Shown one piece after another: positions 50,035-59,226 of a stretch of DNA of 64,000 nt (the stretch's first letter is position 1; the number at the start of each line of letters is the position of its first letter). The stretch lies in contig JASLKG010000005.1 of the NCBI GenBank assembly GCA_030747695.1, positions 24,599-88,598 of the forward strand. The letters run 5' to 3'. The stretch is from Candidatus Poseidoniaceae archaeon. Lineage in GTDB: Archaea > Thermoplasmatota > Poseidoniia > Poseidoniales > Poseidoniaceae. The position numbers and the translations under genes were made by a program. Under the pieces are notes generated by a model. It worked only from the letters and a program-made list of their open reading frames with translations, was not told the DNA's origin and did not search any database.

Positions 50035-50132
50035 GGTCGAATCCCCTGTGGTACAGACTGTAACCAAGAAGTTCCATACTTGAAGGTATTGTGTAAAAGA
50101 GTCTGGAGGTATCACGACGTCTAACGTTTTAG

Positions 50133-51968
50133 TTATCTTCCCCAGAAGTGATTAGTTTCCCGATGTAATTTGGTAATTTGATCTAATATTTCTTCTTCAG
50201 AAGGTGTCAATTCAAGTTTACGAAGTCTTTTCGCATGTGTGCTAGGAACATCAACATAGAACTCATCACCTTCTTCAATATGTCTTCCCACAGTTGGCCC
50301 CATAATACTCATTGCAACTTCATCTCCATGGTTTGCTTCTCTAACATCTTCACTTGCTCTAGTTCTGATGCCTTTTATTTGTCCAATAGGAGTTCCATCC
50401 ATTTTCATTATTCTTTGGCCCAAGTGGACTCTTCCACCAACAACACGCATGCCAACAATGGCAGGGCCTTTGTTACGGAAAGTATGATCCTTAAGATAAA
50501 GCAAATGACCAGGATAAACTAGATTTTCTCTTTCAGCAGCAGCTAAACTATTAGCAGTTTCTTCTTTCCATTCTTCATATTCCTCAAGGATTCTGTAAAT
50601 GATATCTGCACTGATAGATTTGATTTCTGCAGAATCACCTTCTAATTTTGCTTGAACTTCTGAATTTCCTTTAACAGCGAACCCTAGGATAATCTGATTC
50701 AATGGGTCTTTTGCGCTTTGTGCTGTGAGAATGTCTCTTTTGTTGATTGGACCTATACTTGCCATCCTGATGGGTGTTTCTAATTTGTTTAATTCAAAGG
50801 CTAGAGCTTCTAATCCACCAATTGTGTCAGCCTTAATCACAACCCCTTCTTCTGCAATATCTACTGAAATAGTGGCTTCTTTTTGTGCTTCAACTAGTGC
50901 TTTTTTTTGCGTATCTGCTTCATTTGTTTGTCTTAACGTGGTCCCCGCTAGAACTTTTTCTAGACCCGGGGCTACAATTTTCAATCCACATGCTGCAATT
51001 GCAATTTCTGTAGGTTCCCATCTGTCGCCAGCATCCCTCATTTCACTCATTCCTTTTGGTCGGAACATACCTTTGATGTGAGTAGTAAAGGGTCCATCGG
51101 CGCCTACTAGTGTTACTGTGTCTCCCACATGGAGTTCTCCACGGTTTAGGATGACATCAATCGTTTTACCTAACCCCCTTTCATCTTTCATTTCTAGAAT
51201 TGTAGCTTCACCACATCCGAGAGTGTCTGTCAAGCGATTTTCTAAAAATCTCTCAGCAAGTCCTACAGTGACAGTTAGTAGATCTTGTAACCCTTCGCCG
51301 TCTTTTGCAGAACAAGGCACCAATGCAATATTTGATTTAAAATCCTTAATCTTGTCATATCGTTCAATATTGAAACCATGTTCACTAAATTCTCCAAGTA
51401 ATTTCCAATATTTTTCTTCAAAATATTGCTTAACATCATCTCTTTGAAAGCTCCAAGACTCGATAAAACTTCTACCCTTTTCTGTTCTCCATCCATGTAA
51501 GCGGTCAATTTTGTTTGCTGCTATGACAAAAGGAGTTTTCTTTTCTCTCAATATTCGCAGACTTTCAATTGATTGAGGCTGCAATCCTTCCATAATATCC
51601 ACTACAAGAATTGCGATGTCTGCAAGAGCTCCTCCTCTACTACGAAGACTTGTAAATGAATGATGCCCAGGCGTATCAATAAATAACAATCCCGGGCTAT
51701 TGAAATTCTTTCCACCAGTAAGGTTTGAACAGGTTTGATTCAATATGTCAGCAGGAACTTCAGTTGCACCTATATGCTGCGTTATACCTCCAGCTTCACG
51801 ATCCATTACACTAGCTTGACGTTCACTTCCTAGAGAACGGAAATGATCGAGGACACTGGTCTTGCCATGATCCACATGTCCTAAAACAGATACAATTGGT
51901 TGTCGCTGCCAACCTTTAGAAACGTCTTCTGGAGAAGGATTTTCAGACGTATCGACACCTTCAGACAT
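50133..51968 (-). CDS. infB: Translation initiation factor aIF5B (IF-2 homologue)
   Basis: GHVDHGKTSVLD, DTPGH, NKID GTPase motifs; 611 aa, typical aIF5B size. Confidence 0.9.
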   Translation of the reverse strand: MSEGVDTSENPSPEDVSKGWQRQPIVSVLGHVDHGKTSVLDHFRSLGSERQASVMDREAGGITQHIGATEVPADILNQTCSNLTGGKNFNSPGLLFIDTPGHHSFTSLRSRGGALADIAILVVDIMEGLQPQSIESLRILREKKTPFVIAANKIDRLHGWRTEKGRSFIESWSFQRDDVKQYFEEKYWKLLGEFSEHGFNIERYDKIKDFKSNIALVPCSAKDGEGLQDLLTVTVGLAERFLENRLTDTLGCGEATILEMKDERGLGKTIDVILNRGELHVGDTVTLVGADGPFTTHIKGMFRPKGMSEMRDAGDRWEPTEIAIAACGLKIVAPGLEKVLAGTTLRQTNEADTQKKALVEAQKEATISVDIAEEGVVIKADTIGGLEALAFELNKLETPIRMASIGPINKRDILTAQSAKDPLNQIILGFAVKGNSEVQAKLEGDSAEIKSISADIIYRILEEYEEWKEETANSLAAAERENLVYPGHLLYLKDHTFRNKGPAIVGMRVVGGRVHLGQRIMKMDGTPIGQIKGIRTRASEDVREANHGDEVAMSIMGPTVGRHIEEGDEFYVDVPSTHAKRLRKLELTPSEEEILDQITKLHRETNHFWGR

Positions 51969-52016
51969 GTCTAAACCTCCAATTGGACTTTTTATTTTTG
52001 CAATTGATTTACAAAA

Positions 52017-52463
52017 TCATTCATAAACCCATGATTGATTATCTTGAGTCCACTCATTGAGCCCTTCTGAAAACCATAGATTTAATTCAAATTCAGCGGT
52101 ATCAGCAGCATCAGATCCATGAATCATATTGTATCCAATGTCCATGCCATAGTCTCCACGTATGGTGCCTGGCGCAGCTTCACGACCATTTGTAGGCCCA
52201 ATCAAATTTCTTGCAACACTAATTGCATCACGACCAGACCAAGCCATACAAACAACCGGCCCACTCGTGACAAATTTGATTAATCCTGGGAAAAAAGGTC
52301 TCTCTGAATGAACAGAATAATGCTTCTCTGCAATTTCTGTGGTTGGTATAACTTGTTTAAGTCCGACAAGTTGTAAACCCTTTCTTTCAAATCTTCGAAT
52401 TATTTCACCGACTAATCCCCGTTGTACACCATCGGGTTTCACCATTACGTAAGTGGTCTCCAT
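52017..52463 (-). CDS. ndk: Nucleoside diphosphate kinase
   Basis: [32 protein letters not shown] active-site His region. Confidence 0.9.
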   Translation of the reverse strand: METTYVMVKPDGVQRGLVGEIIRRFERKGLQLVGLKQVIPTTEIAEKHYSVHSERPFFPGLIKFVTSGPVVCMAWSGRDAISVARNLIGPTNGREAAPGTIRGDYGMDIGYNMIHGSDAADTAEFELNLWFSEGLNEWTQDNQSWVYE

Positions 52464-52537
52464 GATACTTCCCTCAAGCCTTGCGACTCGACTTCCCTAT
52501 GTAAGTACAGCGATTGCAATAAAACAGGGTAAGAAAC

Positions 52538-52726
52538 TCAGGCGCCGCCCTTAACATAGTGGCGTGTCCATTTTACTTTACGAGAATTTCTTTTCAATTT
52601 GATTGCATTTTTGCGAGCTTTACTGTTCGCATACCATTGGATTGTACCATCTTTACGCACAAACATCATACCAGTTCCTGGCTCAATAACTTCACCTGAA
52701 AAATTGCATATTCGTTGTTCTGGCAT
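52538..52726 (-). CDS. rpl24e: 50S ribosomal protein L24e
   Basis: C..C zinc ribbon start (RICNFSGEVIEPGTGMMFVRKDG), 62 aa. Confidence 0.85.
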   Translation of the reverse strand: MPEQRICNFSGEVIEPGTGMMFVRKDGTIQWYANSKARKNAIKLKRNSRKVKWTRHYVKGGA

Positions 52727-52730
52727 AAAA

Positions 52731-52955
52731 TCACCTGTAGTTTAATTTTCGAGCTTCACGACCCGTGTCTCGAAGCATTAGAATATCGCCAACGCGCACT
52801 GGTCCAACAACGTTACGAGTGATAATTCTACCAACGTCACGAGGATTAGGTGCATCATTGACACGCACTTTAACTTGAGTAGCCTCCCCTGTCATTCCTG
52901 TACGTCCAACAACTTCTACTACTTCTGCTGGCCATCCGCCGAGTTCTTCGCTCAT
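52731..52955 (-). CDS. rps28e: 30S ribosomal protein S28e
   Basis: [23 protein letters not shown]...[16 protein letters not shown] canonical S28e. Confidence 0.9.
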   Translation of the reverse strand: MSEELGGWPAEVVEVVGRTGMTGEATQVKVRVNDAPNPRDVGRIITRNVVGPVRVGDILMLRDTGREARKLNYR

Positions 52956-52987
52956 TCCATTTCCTCCTTAGGTTTAGTTAAGCGAAT

Positions 52988-53359
52988 TCAATTGCTTAGC
53001 CCTTTTACTAGCTCAACAATTTCGTCGAATTTTTCTTGTGCTCCCTTCGATACTTCAAGAAGAGCAAGTGATGCAGTTTTAACGCCCAAAGGCATTCCGG
53101 CTTCTTTCGCCAAGAATTCTTGTGAAGGTACGTAACCAAACGGAATACCCTTTTCCGCACAAATTAACGGTATATGGGCAAGTAACTCAGGAGGGTTAAC
53201 ATCTTCTGCCATAATTATGAATTTGGCATTACCGCGTTCAGCAGCCTTGGTAACCTCATTAGATCCTTTTTTCATTCGTCCTGTATTATTCGCTTGAACC
53301 ATTTCATAAATTTTGTCAGCGACTTCTCCGGGGGTTTCAAAAGACACGTGTGCACTCAT
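52988..53359 (-). CDS. rpl7ae: 50S ribosomal protein L7Ae (K-turn binding)
   Basis: KKGSNEVTKAAERGNAKFIIMAEDVNPPE...IPLICAEKGIPF; start at internal ATG 53359 gives 123 aa. Confidence 0.9.
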   Translation of the reverse strand: MSAHVSFETPGEVADKIYEMVQANNTGRMKKGSNEVTKAAERGNAKFIIMAEDVNPPELLAHIPLICAEKGIPFGYVPSQEFLAKEAGMPLGVKTASLALLEVSKGAQEKFDEIVELVKGLSN

Positions 53360-53445
53360 TGATCTCACTCTCATGCTATGTGAAGCAGGCTTCCGCACGG
53401 CCTCGTGGATATAAACACCACGGATGGGTTAATAATAGCCCATAT

Positions 53446-54381
53446 CTACAGTTTTTCGAGTATTTCTCTAACACCGCGTGCTAAAGCAGGCCCTCCGGAG
53501 ATTACAGCGCGACTATTTACAAGACTCGATGTAGAGTGCACACCGTCCACGTGATTTGTTAATCTACTAATGGCGCCACCTGTGAATAATCCATGAGTAC
53601 ATGCAGCATGAATTTCCTTTGCACCTTGACTTTTCAAAGCATCAGCCGCTTTGCAGATAGTCCCGCCAGTGGCAATCATATCATCTACAATTGCAACAAT
53701 TTTCCCATCAACATCAAGATTTTTTGCTTTGTGCACTATTGTATGTGCATCGATTCTTGTTTTTTCCAAATACGAAAATGGTAGATTTATTGCTTCAGCG
53801 ACAGAGCTAGCACGATCTATGGCGCCTTTGTCTGGAGAAAGGATAAAATCAGGATTTACATTTTCTTTCAAATGATTAGCAACTTCAGGCATTGCAGAAG
53901 TAAACGCAACAGGAACAGATAAGCCTTCAAGTGCAGCAGGAGCATGTAAGTCAAACACTACAATGCCATCACAATGCTGTGAAAGCAATTTCCCTATCGT
54001 TTTTGCACTTATTGCTTCACCTGGTCTAAAGCGCTTATCCTGTCGCGAATATCCAAAGTAGGGAATTGCTACAATGAGCCCCGTCCCAACATCATCCATA
54101 GATTGGGGCCCGATTTCTTTCAAATTTTCAGTTAAACCGCTTCTAACATCTTTCAATGCATTTAGTAACAGTAAAGTTTCAACAATGCCAGCATCAGGGA
54201 AGGTGTTTGATACTAGTACAACGGGCCCATTACGAACTGCATCAATTGATTCTTCTGGAATTCTAATATACCCTTCAGAGTCCGGAAAACGCCTTGCTTC
54301 AAGTAGGTGGTGATCCCATCCTAATTCCATTGCCAAATCTTCGGCGAGGGCTCGGGAGTTACTGCCCGACACGACCACCAT
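53446..54381 (-). CDS. prs: Ribose-phosphate pyrophosphokinase (PRPP synthetase)
   Basis: PRPP-binding loop IVAIVDDMIATGGTICKAADAL. Confidence 0.85.
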   Translation of the reverse strand: MVVVSGSNSRALAEDLAMELGWDHHLLEARRFPDSEGYIRIPEESIDAVRNGPVVLVSNTFPDAGIVETLLLLNALKDVRSGLTENLKEIGPQSMDDVGTGLIVAIPYFGYSRQDKRFRPGEAISAKTIGKLLSQHCDGIVVFDLHAPAALEGLSVPVAFTSAMPEVANHLKENVNPDFILSPDKGAIDRASSVAEAINLPFSYLEKTRIDAHTIVHKAKNLDVDGKIVAIVDDMIATGGTICKAADALKSQGAKEIHAACTHGLFTGGAISRLTNHVDGVHSTSSLVNSRAVISGGPALARGVREILEKL

Positions 54382-54441
54382 GTTGCAACCCTCTGCGAGG
54401 GTGCTACATGAGCCTTGCTTTGCTTTTGAACCTCTAGGAAG

Positions 54442-54515
54442 TGCGCGAGGCAGGACTCGAACCTGCGACCTCCCGGTTATCAGCCGGGTGCTCCAGCCGA
54501 CTAAGCTACCCGCGC
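54442..54515 (-). tRNA. tRNA-Ile (anticodon GAU)
   Basis: Reverse complement GCGCGGG-TA-GCTT...CCCGG-CTGATAA-CCGGG...GCAGG-TTCGAGT-CCTGC-CTCGCGC-A; cloverleaf with 7-bp acceptor stem (one G-U pair). Confidence 0.85.
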
Positions 54516-54568
54516 AAGGGCAAGCCGGCGACCAGCCAACTAGTCATAAAATCGACGGTAGACAAATC

Positions 54569-55171
54569 TCAGTCTTCATCAATCATGTTTGGGTCATTTG
54601 CCTGTTCATATGATGGCAAGGTGAGTAACTTGTCAAAGGTTCGACTCAATACAACTTCATCAAGTCTCTCTCTTGTTCGCGCTAGAGCGGTAATGGGTAT
54701 ATTGATAGTTTTTCCAATACTGTACTCCATCTGCACTCCTATCCGCGTCTTTACAACCACAGCGCGATACGTCCTTTTGATTTTCACCAGATCAGTAATT
54801 ACTCCAATCTCTCTCCCTTGGTTGTCCAAAACAGCTCTGTCCATCATTTCGTCGGGTGCGTATAGCTTCTCATCTATACGCACAGTATTTCTCCAACGGC
54901 GTTGAAGTTCACGCATCGATTTTGAGAGTTTCACCGCTCCATCGTTGCGGATGCTGTGAATCAACTCCTTGTGTAACGGCGCAAGTTCTGCAGGTTTGCG
55001 CATAAATTCATCAGCAACATCTGGCTCTACCATGATGCGCATCGATCTTACTCGTGCTTCATTTGGATGATGGCGCTCCCCAACAATGGTGCCCACCTTC
55101 TTATCATTGACATACACATCTCGTTGTAACAACTCTTGTATGTCGTAATTTTCGTTATTCATTTTTCCCAT
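54569..55171 (-). CDS. Tandem PRC-barrel domain protein
   Basis: Two PRC-barrel-like segments (DVYVNDKKVGTIVGE; AVLDNQGREIGVITDLVK). Confidence 0.55.
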   Translation of the reverse strand: MGKMNNENYDIQELLQRDVYVNDKKVGTIVGERHHPNEARVRSMRIMVEPDVADEFMRKPAELAPLHKELIHSIRNDGAVKLSKSMRELQRRWRNTVRIDEKLYAPDEMMDRAVLDNQGREIGVITDLVKIKRTYRAVVVKTRIGVQMEYSIGKTINIPITALARTRERLDEVVLSRTFDKLLTLPSYEQANDPNMIDED

Positions 55172-55239
55172 CTCCCCGGCCTAATGTGTTGTGACCGAAC
55201 TAGCGCCTATGCTGGAGACACTTATACTTGACTGCTTAA

Positions 55240-55420
55240 AATAATACTTTTCCAATTGGGTTTGTCGCATAATATCCTTCTCTTCCAATTGAAAAAATGT
55301 TCTAGTTTCATTTTTGAGGAAAGTGGAAAATTCTAGATTCAATTGGTGTCGCATAATGCACTCCATCTCTCCAATAATAGTCGAATTTTCCAATTAGAAA
55401 TTTAAAAATCCAATTAGAAA
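55240..55420. promoter_or_regulatory. AT-rich divergent control region carrying repeated CCAATTGG/TCCAATTAG palindromic cores and two copies of TGTCGCATAAT
   Basis: CCAATTGG at 55252-55259; CAATTG cores again at about 55284, 55339, 55388 and 55408; TGTCGCATAAT at 55263-55273 and 55347-55357. Confidence 0.45.
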
Positions 55421-55451
55421 ATTAATCGAATAATATATCCCTTAGAGAAGA

Positions 55452-56177
55452 TTGGACTATGTGATGGCAATAGTAGTCAATGGCGCAACATGTTCCTTGA
55501 GTGAAGCTGTTATTGACAAGTTATTGTCGTGGGATGTTGATGTTGTAGCACAAGAATCAAGCCATTTCGAGCGGAATTCATCTTTACTAAAGTATTCAAA
55601 CTCAAAGCTAACAACTTCAGGATCAGGTTTTACAATTTCATTTGATGATAGTGACGGCGACTTAGTTTTGGGGCGGGATATCATTGTTCATGATTTGCTT
55701 CCATCCCGTGCAGATAAATGGTTAGCACCAGAAATAGCAGCGTGGGTTTCAGGTGAAAGCTATCCAGCAGGGCCGCGTTATTGGTTGAGCGTAATCGATG
55801 CTGCAGAAGCAATTGCGGCGATTGCAAAATCTGGGAAAACGCCAGATAAATTACAAATGTGTGGAAGAAGGGAATGGCTACCTAAAGATTCTAAAGCAGA
55901 ATTTGAAATGCTATGGGCCCGTACCATCCAAGGCTATACTGGACAATTTACACCTGCTACACTTTTCGGGTATTCTATTTCGGGAATGGAAGTTAAACCG
56001 ATTTCTCCTGACTCTAGTGCTCGCCCAGATTTAGAGCCATTACATGAGTTGTTATTAGAAGTAAACTCCGATGGATGGAGACCATTAATTCCATTTAGAA
56101 CGGCATTGATGAATTTGATTGCGGGTATTTTTGAGAATAGTGAAATTCATTTATCGTCGGGTAATCGAAAGGGCTAA
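55452..56177 (+). CDS. Hypothetical protein with degenerate NAD(P)-binding Rossmann-like N-terminus (NmrA/atypical-SDR-like)
   Basis: MAIVVNGATCSLSEAVIDKLL resembles the V-x-G-A-T-G-x-x-G dinucleotide-binding start, but with a Cys in place of the central Gly. Weak. Confidence 0.35.
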   Translation: MDYVMAIVVNGATCSLSEAVIDKLLSWDVDVVAQESSHFERNSSLLKYSNSKLTTSGSGFTISFDDSDGDLVLGRDIIVHDLLPSRADKWLAPEIAAWVSGESYPAGPRYWLSVIDAAEAIAAIAKSGKTPDKLQMCGRREWLPKDSKAEFEMLWARTIQGYTGQFTPATLFGYSISGMEVKPISPDSSARPDLEPLHELLLEVNSDGWRPLIPFRTALMNLIAGIFENSEIHLSSGNRKG

Positions 56178-56602
56178 TGGTCGAACTTGTAGGTTCAGTT
56201 GATGAGCGCGGACTATCAGTAAGTCCAGGTCTTCCGGACGGATGTAAGAATTACTTAATCGATATTGACGGCACAATTTGTGAAGATATTCCAAATGAAG
56301 AGCCAGAACGAATGGCAACCGCTAAATGCTTCGATGGTGTTGTAGATCAGATCAACAAATGGTATGCAGAAGGCCACCAAATATGCTTCTTCACCAGTCG
56401 TTTGGAAGAGCATAGGGACGTTACTGAAACATGGTTGTCTAAACATGGATTCAAATGGCATTCATGTTTGTTTGGGAAACCGAGAGGTGGCAATTATCAT
56501 TGGATAGATAACCACATTGTGCGCGCTACAAGATTTCGGACAAAATTGACCGATTTCATTACTAAAAGTGTTGATATCGAAGTGTTTGATGATGAAGGTT
56601 AG
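56177..56602 (+). CDS. Small HAD-like phosphatase/nucleotidase-type protein
   Basis: LIDIDGTICEDIP (DxDGT motif I) and a downstream GKPRGG/D-containing region. Start ATG overlaps the upstream stop (TAATG). Confidence 0.5.
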   Translation: MVELVGSVDERGLSVSPGLPDGCKNYLIDIDGTICEDIPNEEPERMATAKCFDGVVDQINKWYAEGHQICFFTSRLEEHRDVTETWLSKHGFKWHSCLFGKPRGGNYHWIDNHIVRATRFRTKLTDFITKSVDIEVFDDEG

Positions 56603-58149
56603 AGTGTTTGTTGTCCACCTTCTGGCATAGGAACTAGCATTTGGATAGTTTCTCCTCTCAAACTCGGACCATCACTGAAAGTTGCAAAAATGCCAATATC
56701 TGCAATATTGTGTGAAAGTGAAAACCAAACTCTGCCATAGTTGTCTACTCTAATATCTAGAAAATCTCCAAGTCCACCACAACGATTGTAACCACAATCA
56801 GGGGTCAAATCAATGGGGTCATCATTATTGTTGATTTGAACAGTAGTTAGTAAGGGTGTTTCATTAAATGCATCTGTAGCGTATGTCAGATAAGCATTCC
56901 ATGTATCATCTCCTGAATCACCCACATATCCGAAGGCTACAGTTCCTGAGTCTCCAGCAACTACAACTGGAAAACCAGTCCCAGTTAGATTGATTGGGGG
57001 GGCAATCATTGTTGCGTTTGACCAAGAATCTCCTTGATCCATAGAGTATGACCAATATGGCATATTGTCTAAGCCCATCCACATGGCATGTATATTTCCT
57101 GCACTGTCTACTTCAACTTGTGCTTCTTCAGCATTCCATGTGTCAGCAGTGCCAGACTCTTGAGTAGGTAGGGGGTGTTCGGTCCAGCTTATTCCAGCAT
57201 TTGTAGTTCTGAAAACAGAATAGCCTTCACCACTACAACCCGTATTTCCTCGATAGAAATTTCCATCTACACTTCCTACTAAATGTGCAGTTAAACCTCC
57301 AGATCCACAGGTTATAGGTGCACCAGAAGTTTCTGGGCCCCAAGTATTCCCGCCATCAAAACTAGAAGAGCAAAGTGGATGGGGAGCATTCCCGTTTATA
57401 CAAAACATCCAAGTCGTATCATGCAAAGGTGTTGGAGCATTTGTACTTGCAATCGTTTGATGGTCTTGTACTGAATAAATCTGTGTTGCTACTGTTGGGG
57501 GGGTCCAACTATTTCCATCATTGTCTGACCATTCAACAGTCATTCCAAGTAATGCATGCATATCGAATTTCATAATCCTACCAGTCCATTGGTCTACATG
57601 CACATAGGGGTCATTTGAATTTGGGACAGGTGTCAACGTGTCATACACATCTTCACATGTATAATTTAGAGTAGTCATTCCAATTAAATCACAAGAAATA
57701 ATAGCAGTACTTCCTAAATCACCATTTCCCCATGAAGTCATAACCATAGTGTCAGTTTGTGTAATTCCCATTGTGGGTTCAAAAGTACTCATGCCGATTC
57801 CATAATAGGTGCCCTTTGCATCAAAAGGAATATTTCTTCCATCAAATTCAAAATTTGAATCTTCCCAAGCATTAACAGCATTTGGAAAGTGATACCAGGT
57901 ATTTTCTCTTTGCTCAAAGTTCCAGACATCTTCAACAATTGTCGGAGTTTCAATAATTTCTTCCGAAGAAAGTGTGTAATAAAGAATAGAAGAAGACAAG
58001 ACTAGCATTATTACAACTATAGATAAAATCTGAATAACTGAAAATGGGCCAATTTGTTTTTGTTGTTTCTCATCAATTAATTCTGGATCAACTAGAACAG
58101 CCTCTACTATATTTTCATGTGGAGTGTCTTTTGTTGCCAATATTTTCAC
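56599..58149 (-). CDS. Membrane-anchored BNR/Asp-box repeat (sialidase-like beta-propeller) protein
   Basis: N-terminal TM (ILSIVVIMLVLSSSILYY). Asp-box S-x-D-x-G-x-T-W repeats: SFDGGNTWG, TNAGISWTE, MDQGDSWSN, SDNDGNSWTP. Confidence 0.7.
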   Translation of the reverse strand: MKILATKDTPHENIVEAVLVDPELIDEKQQKQIGPFSVIQILSIVVIMLVLSSSILYYTLSSEEIIETPTIVEDVWNFEQRENTWYHFPNAVNAWEDSNFEFDGRNIPFDAKGTYYGIGMSTFEPTMGITQTDTMVMTSWGNGDLGSTAIISCDLIGMTTLNYTCEDVYDTLTPVPNSNDPYVHVDQWTGRIMKFDMHALLGMTVEWSDNDGNSWTPPTVATQIYSVQDHQTIASTNAPTPLHDTTWMFCINGNAPHPLCSSSFDGGNTWGPETSGAPITCGSGGLTAHLVGSVDGNFYRGNTGCSGEGYSVFRTTNAGISWTEHPLPTQESGTADTWNAEEAQVEVDSAGNIHAMWMGLDNMPYWSYSMDQGDSWSNATMIAPPINLTGTGFPVVVAGDSGTVAFGYVGDSGDDTWNAYLTYATDAFNETPLLTTVQINNNDDPIDLTPDCGYNRCGGLGDFLDIRVDNYGRVWFSLSHNIADIGIFATFSDGPSLRGETIQMLVPMPEGGQQTL

Positions 58150-59150
58150 TTCCTAAATAGATCACTACCTAGTAGTGGTAGTAATACTGAGGCATCACCC
58201 TCAACACATACATTTGGTGCTTCTGGTCGCATTTTCCCCCAACTAATTGCTTCGCGCAATCTAGCACCAGATAAACTCCCATCATGTTCTGGAGCAGTAG
58301 TAATGTATACAGCAGAATCTAACCCTCCTCTATATTGATTCCACCATATGACGTGATGTTTAGAAATCCCTCCTCCCACCATTAAAGCATTGCTAGTTTC
58401 AACATCCCAAGTTAGATCACTCATAACTTGTTCATCAGCTAGAGTATCAATATGAAAATCTCGATATTTTTGTCTAAACATAAATAGTTGCGCTCCAATA
58501 CTACCATCAGTAATCCCAGGAATGCAAACTGGGATTTTATGTTTCCACGCCCAATAGATTAGAGAATCTGGAGTACCAATTCTTTTTCCAAGTTCCCATA
58601 CCAAGTGTATACTTCCAAAACCGAGCCAAGCTTCAGCACCATCTTTTCCAGTTTCAGCAATTCTGTCATTCCTAATTTCTTCTAATACTGGTAAGACAAT
58701 AGCTTCAATAATTTCTCCATAACTCGCATTAGGAACAATCACATTCCCTAAACGCATCAATTGAAATTCGCTTAATTCAATGTCATCTAATTCAAATGAA
58801 CCATGATAATAATGCTTGAACGATCTTGCAATATCATGGTCCAACATTCCGCATGTCGTTGAAATAACATTGAACATTTTTTGCTTAATTGCATCTACAA
58901 AGAATCCTCGAGTTCCTGTTGCGCATAAGCAAGCAGGAAACGATAGCCAGTTGCATACCTTATTTGAATCACCTTTAACTGAATCGATTTGCGATTTCAT
59001 GCTCCGTAAAATATCTCTGGCATATGCTAATTTTGTAGCAGTAAAGCCTCCAGCGGTAGACATTTGATCAATTAGTGTACGGGGGCTATCAACTGCATCG
59101 AAGTCATAATCAACAACTGGGGTGTTAAATGATTCTGGGTCAATCGCCAT
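58146..59150 (-). CDS. dys: Deoxyhypusine synthase
   Basis: 334 aa; conserved DHS regions (GGGISKHHV...; ITTAPEHDGSLSGARLREAISWGK). Confidence 0.85.
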   Translation of the reverse strand: MAIDPESFNTPVVDYDFDAVDSPRTLIDQMSTAGGFTATKLAYARDILRSMKSQIDSVKGDSNKVCNWLSFPACLCATGTRGFFVDAIKQKMFNVISTTCGMLDHDIARSFKHYYHGSFELDDIELSEFQLMRLGNVIVPNASYGEIIEAIVLPVLEEIRNDRIAETGKDGAEAWLGFGSIHLVWELGKRIGTPDSLIYWAWKHKIPVCIPGITDGSIGAQLFMFRQKYRDFHIDTLADEQVMSDLTWDVETSNALMVGGGISKHHVIWWNQYRGGLDSAVYITTAPEHDGSLSGARLREAISWGKMRPEAPNVCVEGDASVLLPLLGSDLFRK

Positions 59151-59184
59151 GAATCAAGCCGGACGTCTCGGACATATGAAACCT

Positions 59185-59203
59185 CATGTCCCTTAGGGAC
59201 ATG
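59185..59203. terminator. Perfect 8-bp stem / 3-nt loop hairpin CATGTCCC-TTA-GGGACATG downstream of uvrB, upstream of dys
   Basis: Direct reading. Lies 24 nt past the uvrB stop on the transcribed strand. Could alternatively be an operator for dys. Confidence 0.35.
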
Positions 59204-59226
59204 TCATTGATACGAATAATTATCAA

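Noticed and set aside
54380-54905. Plus-strand ORFs 54380-54613 and 54441-54905
   Set aside because: They overlap the minus-strand tRNA-Ile and the PRC-barrel gene; spurious.
55181-55393. 70-aa minus-strand ORF in the AT-rich intergenic region
   Set aside because: It lies entirely within the repeat-rich promoter region. AT-rich DNA gives stop-poor frames by chance, and no SD or conserved motif is present.
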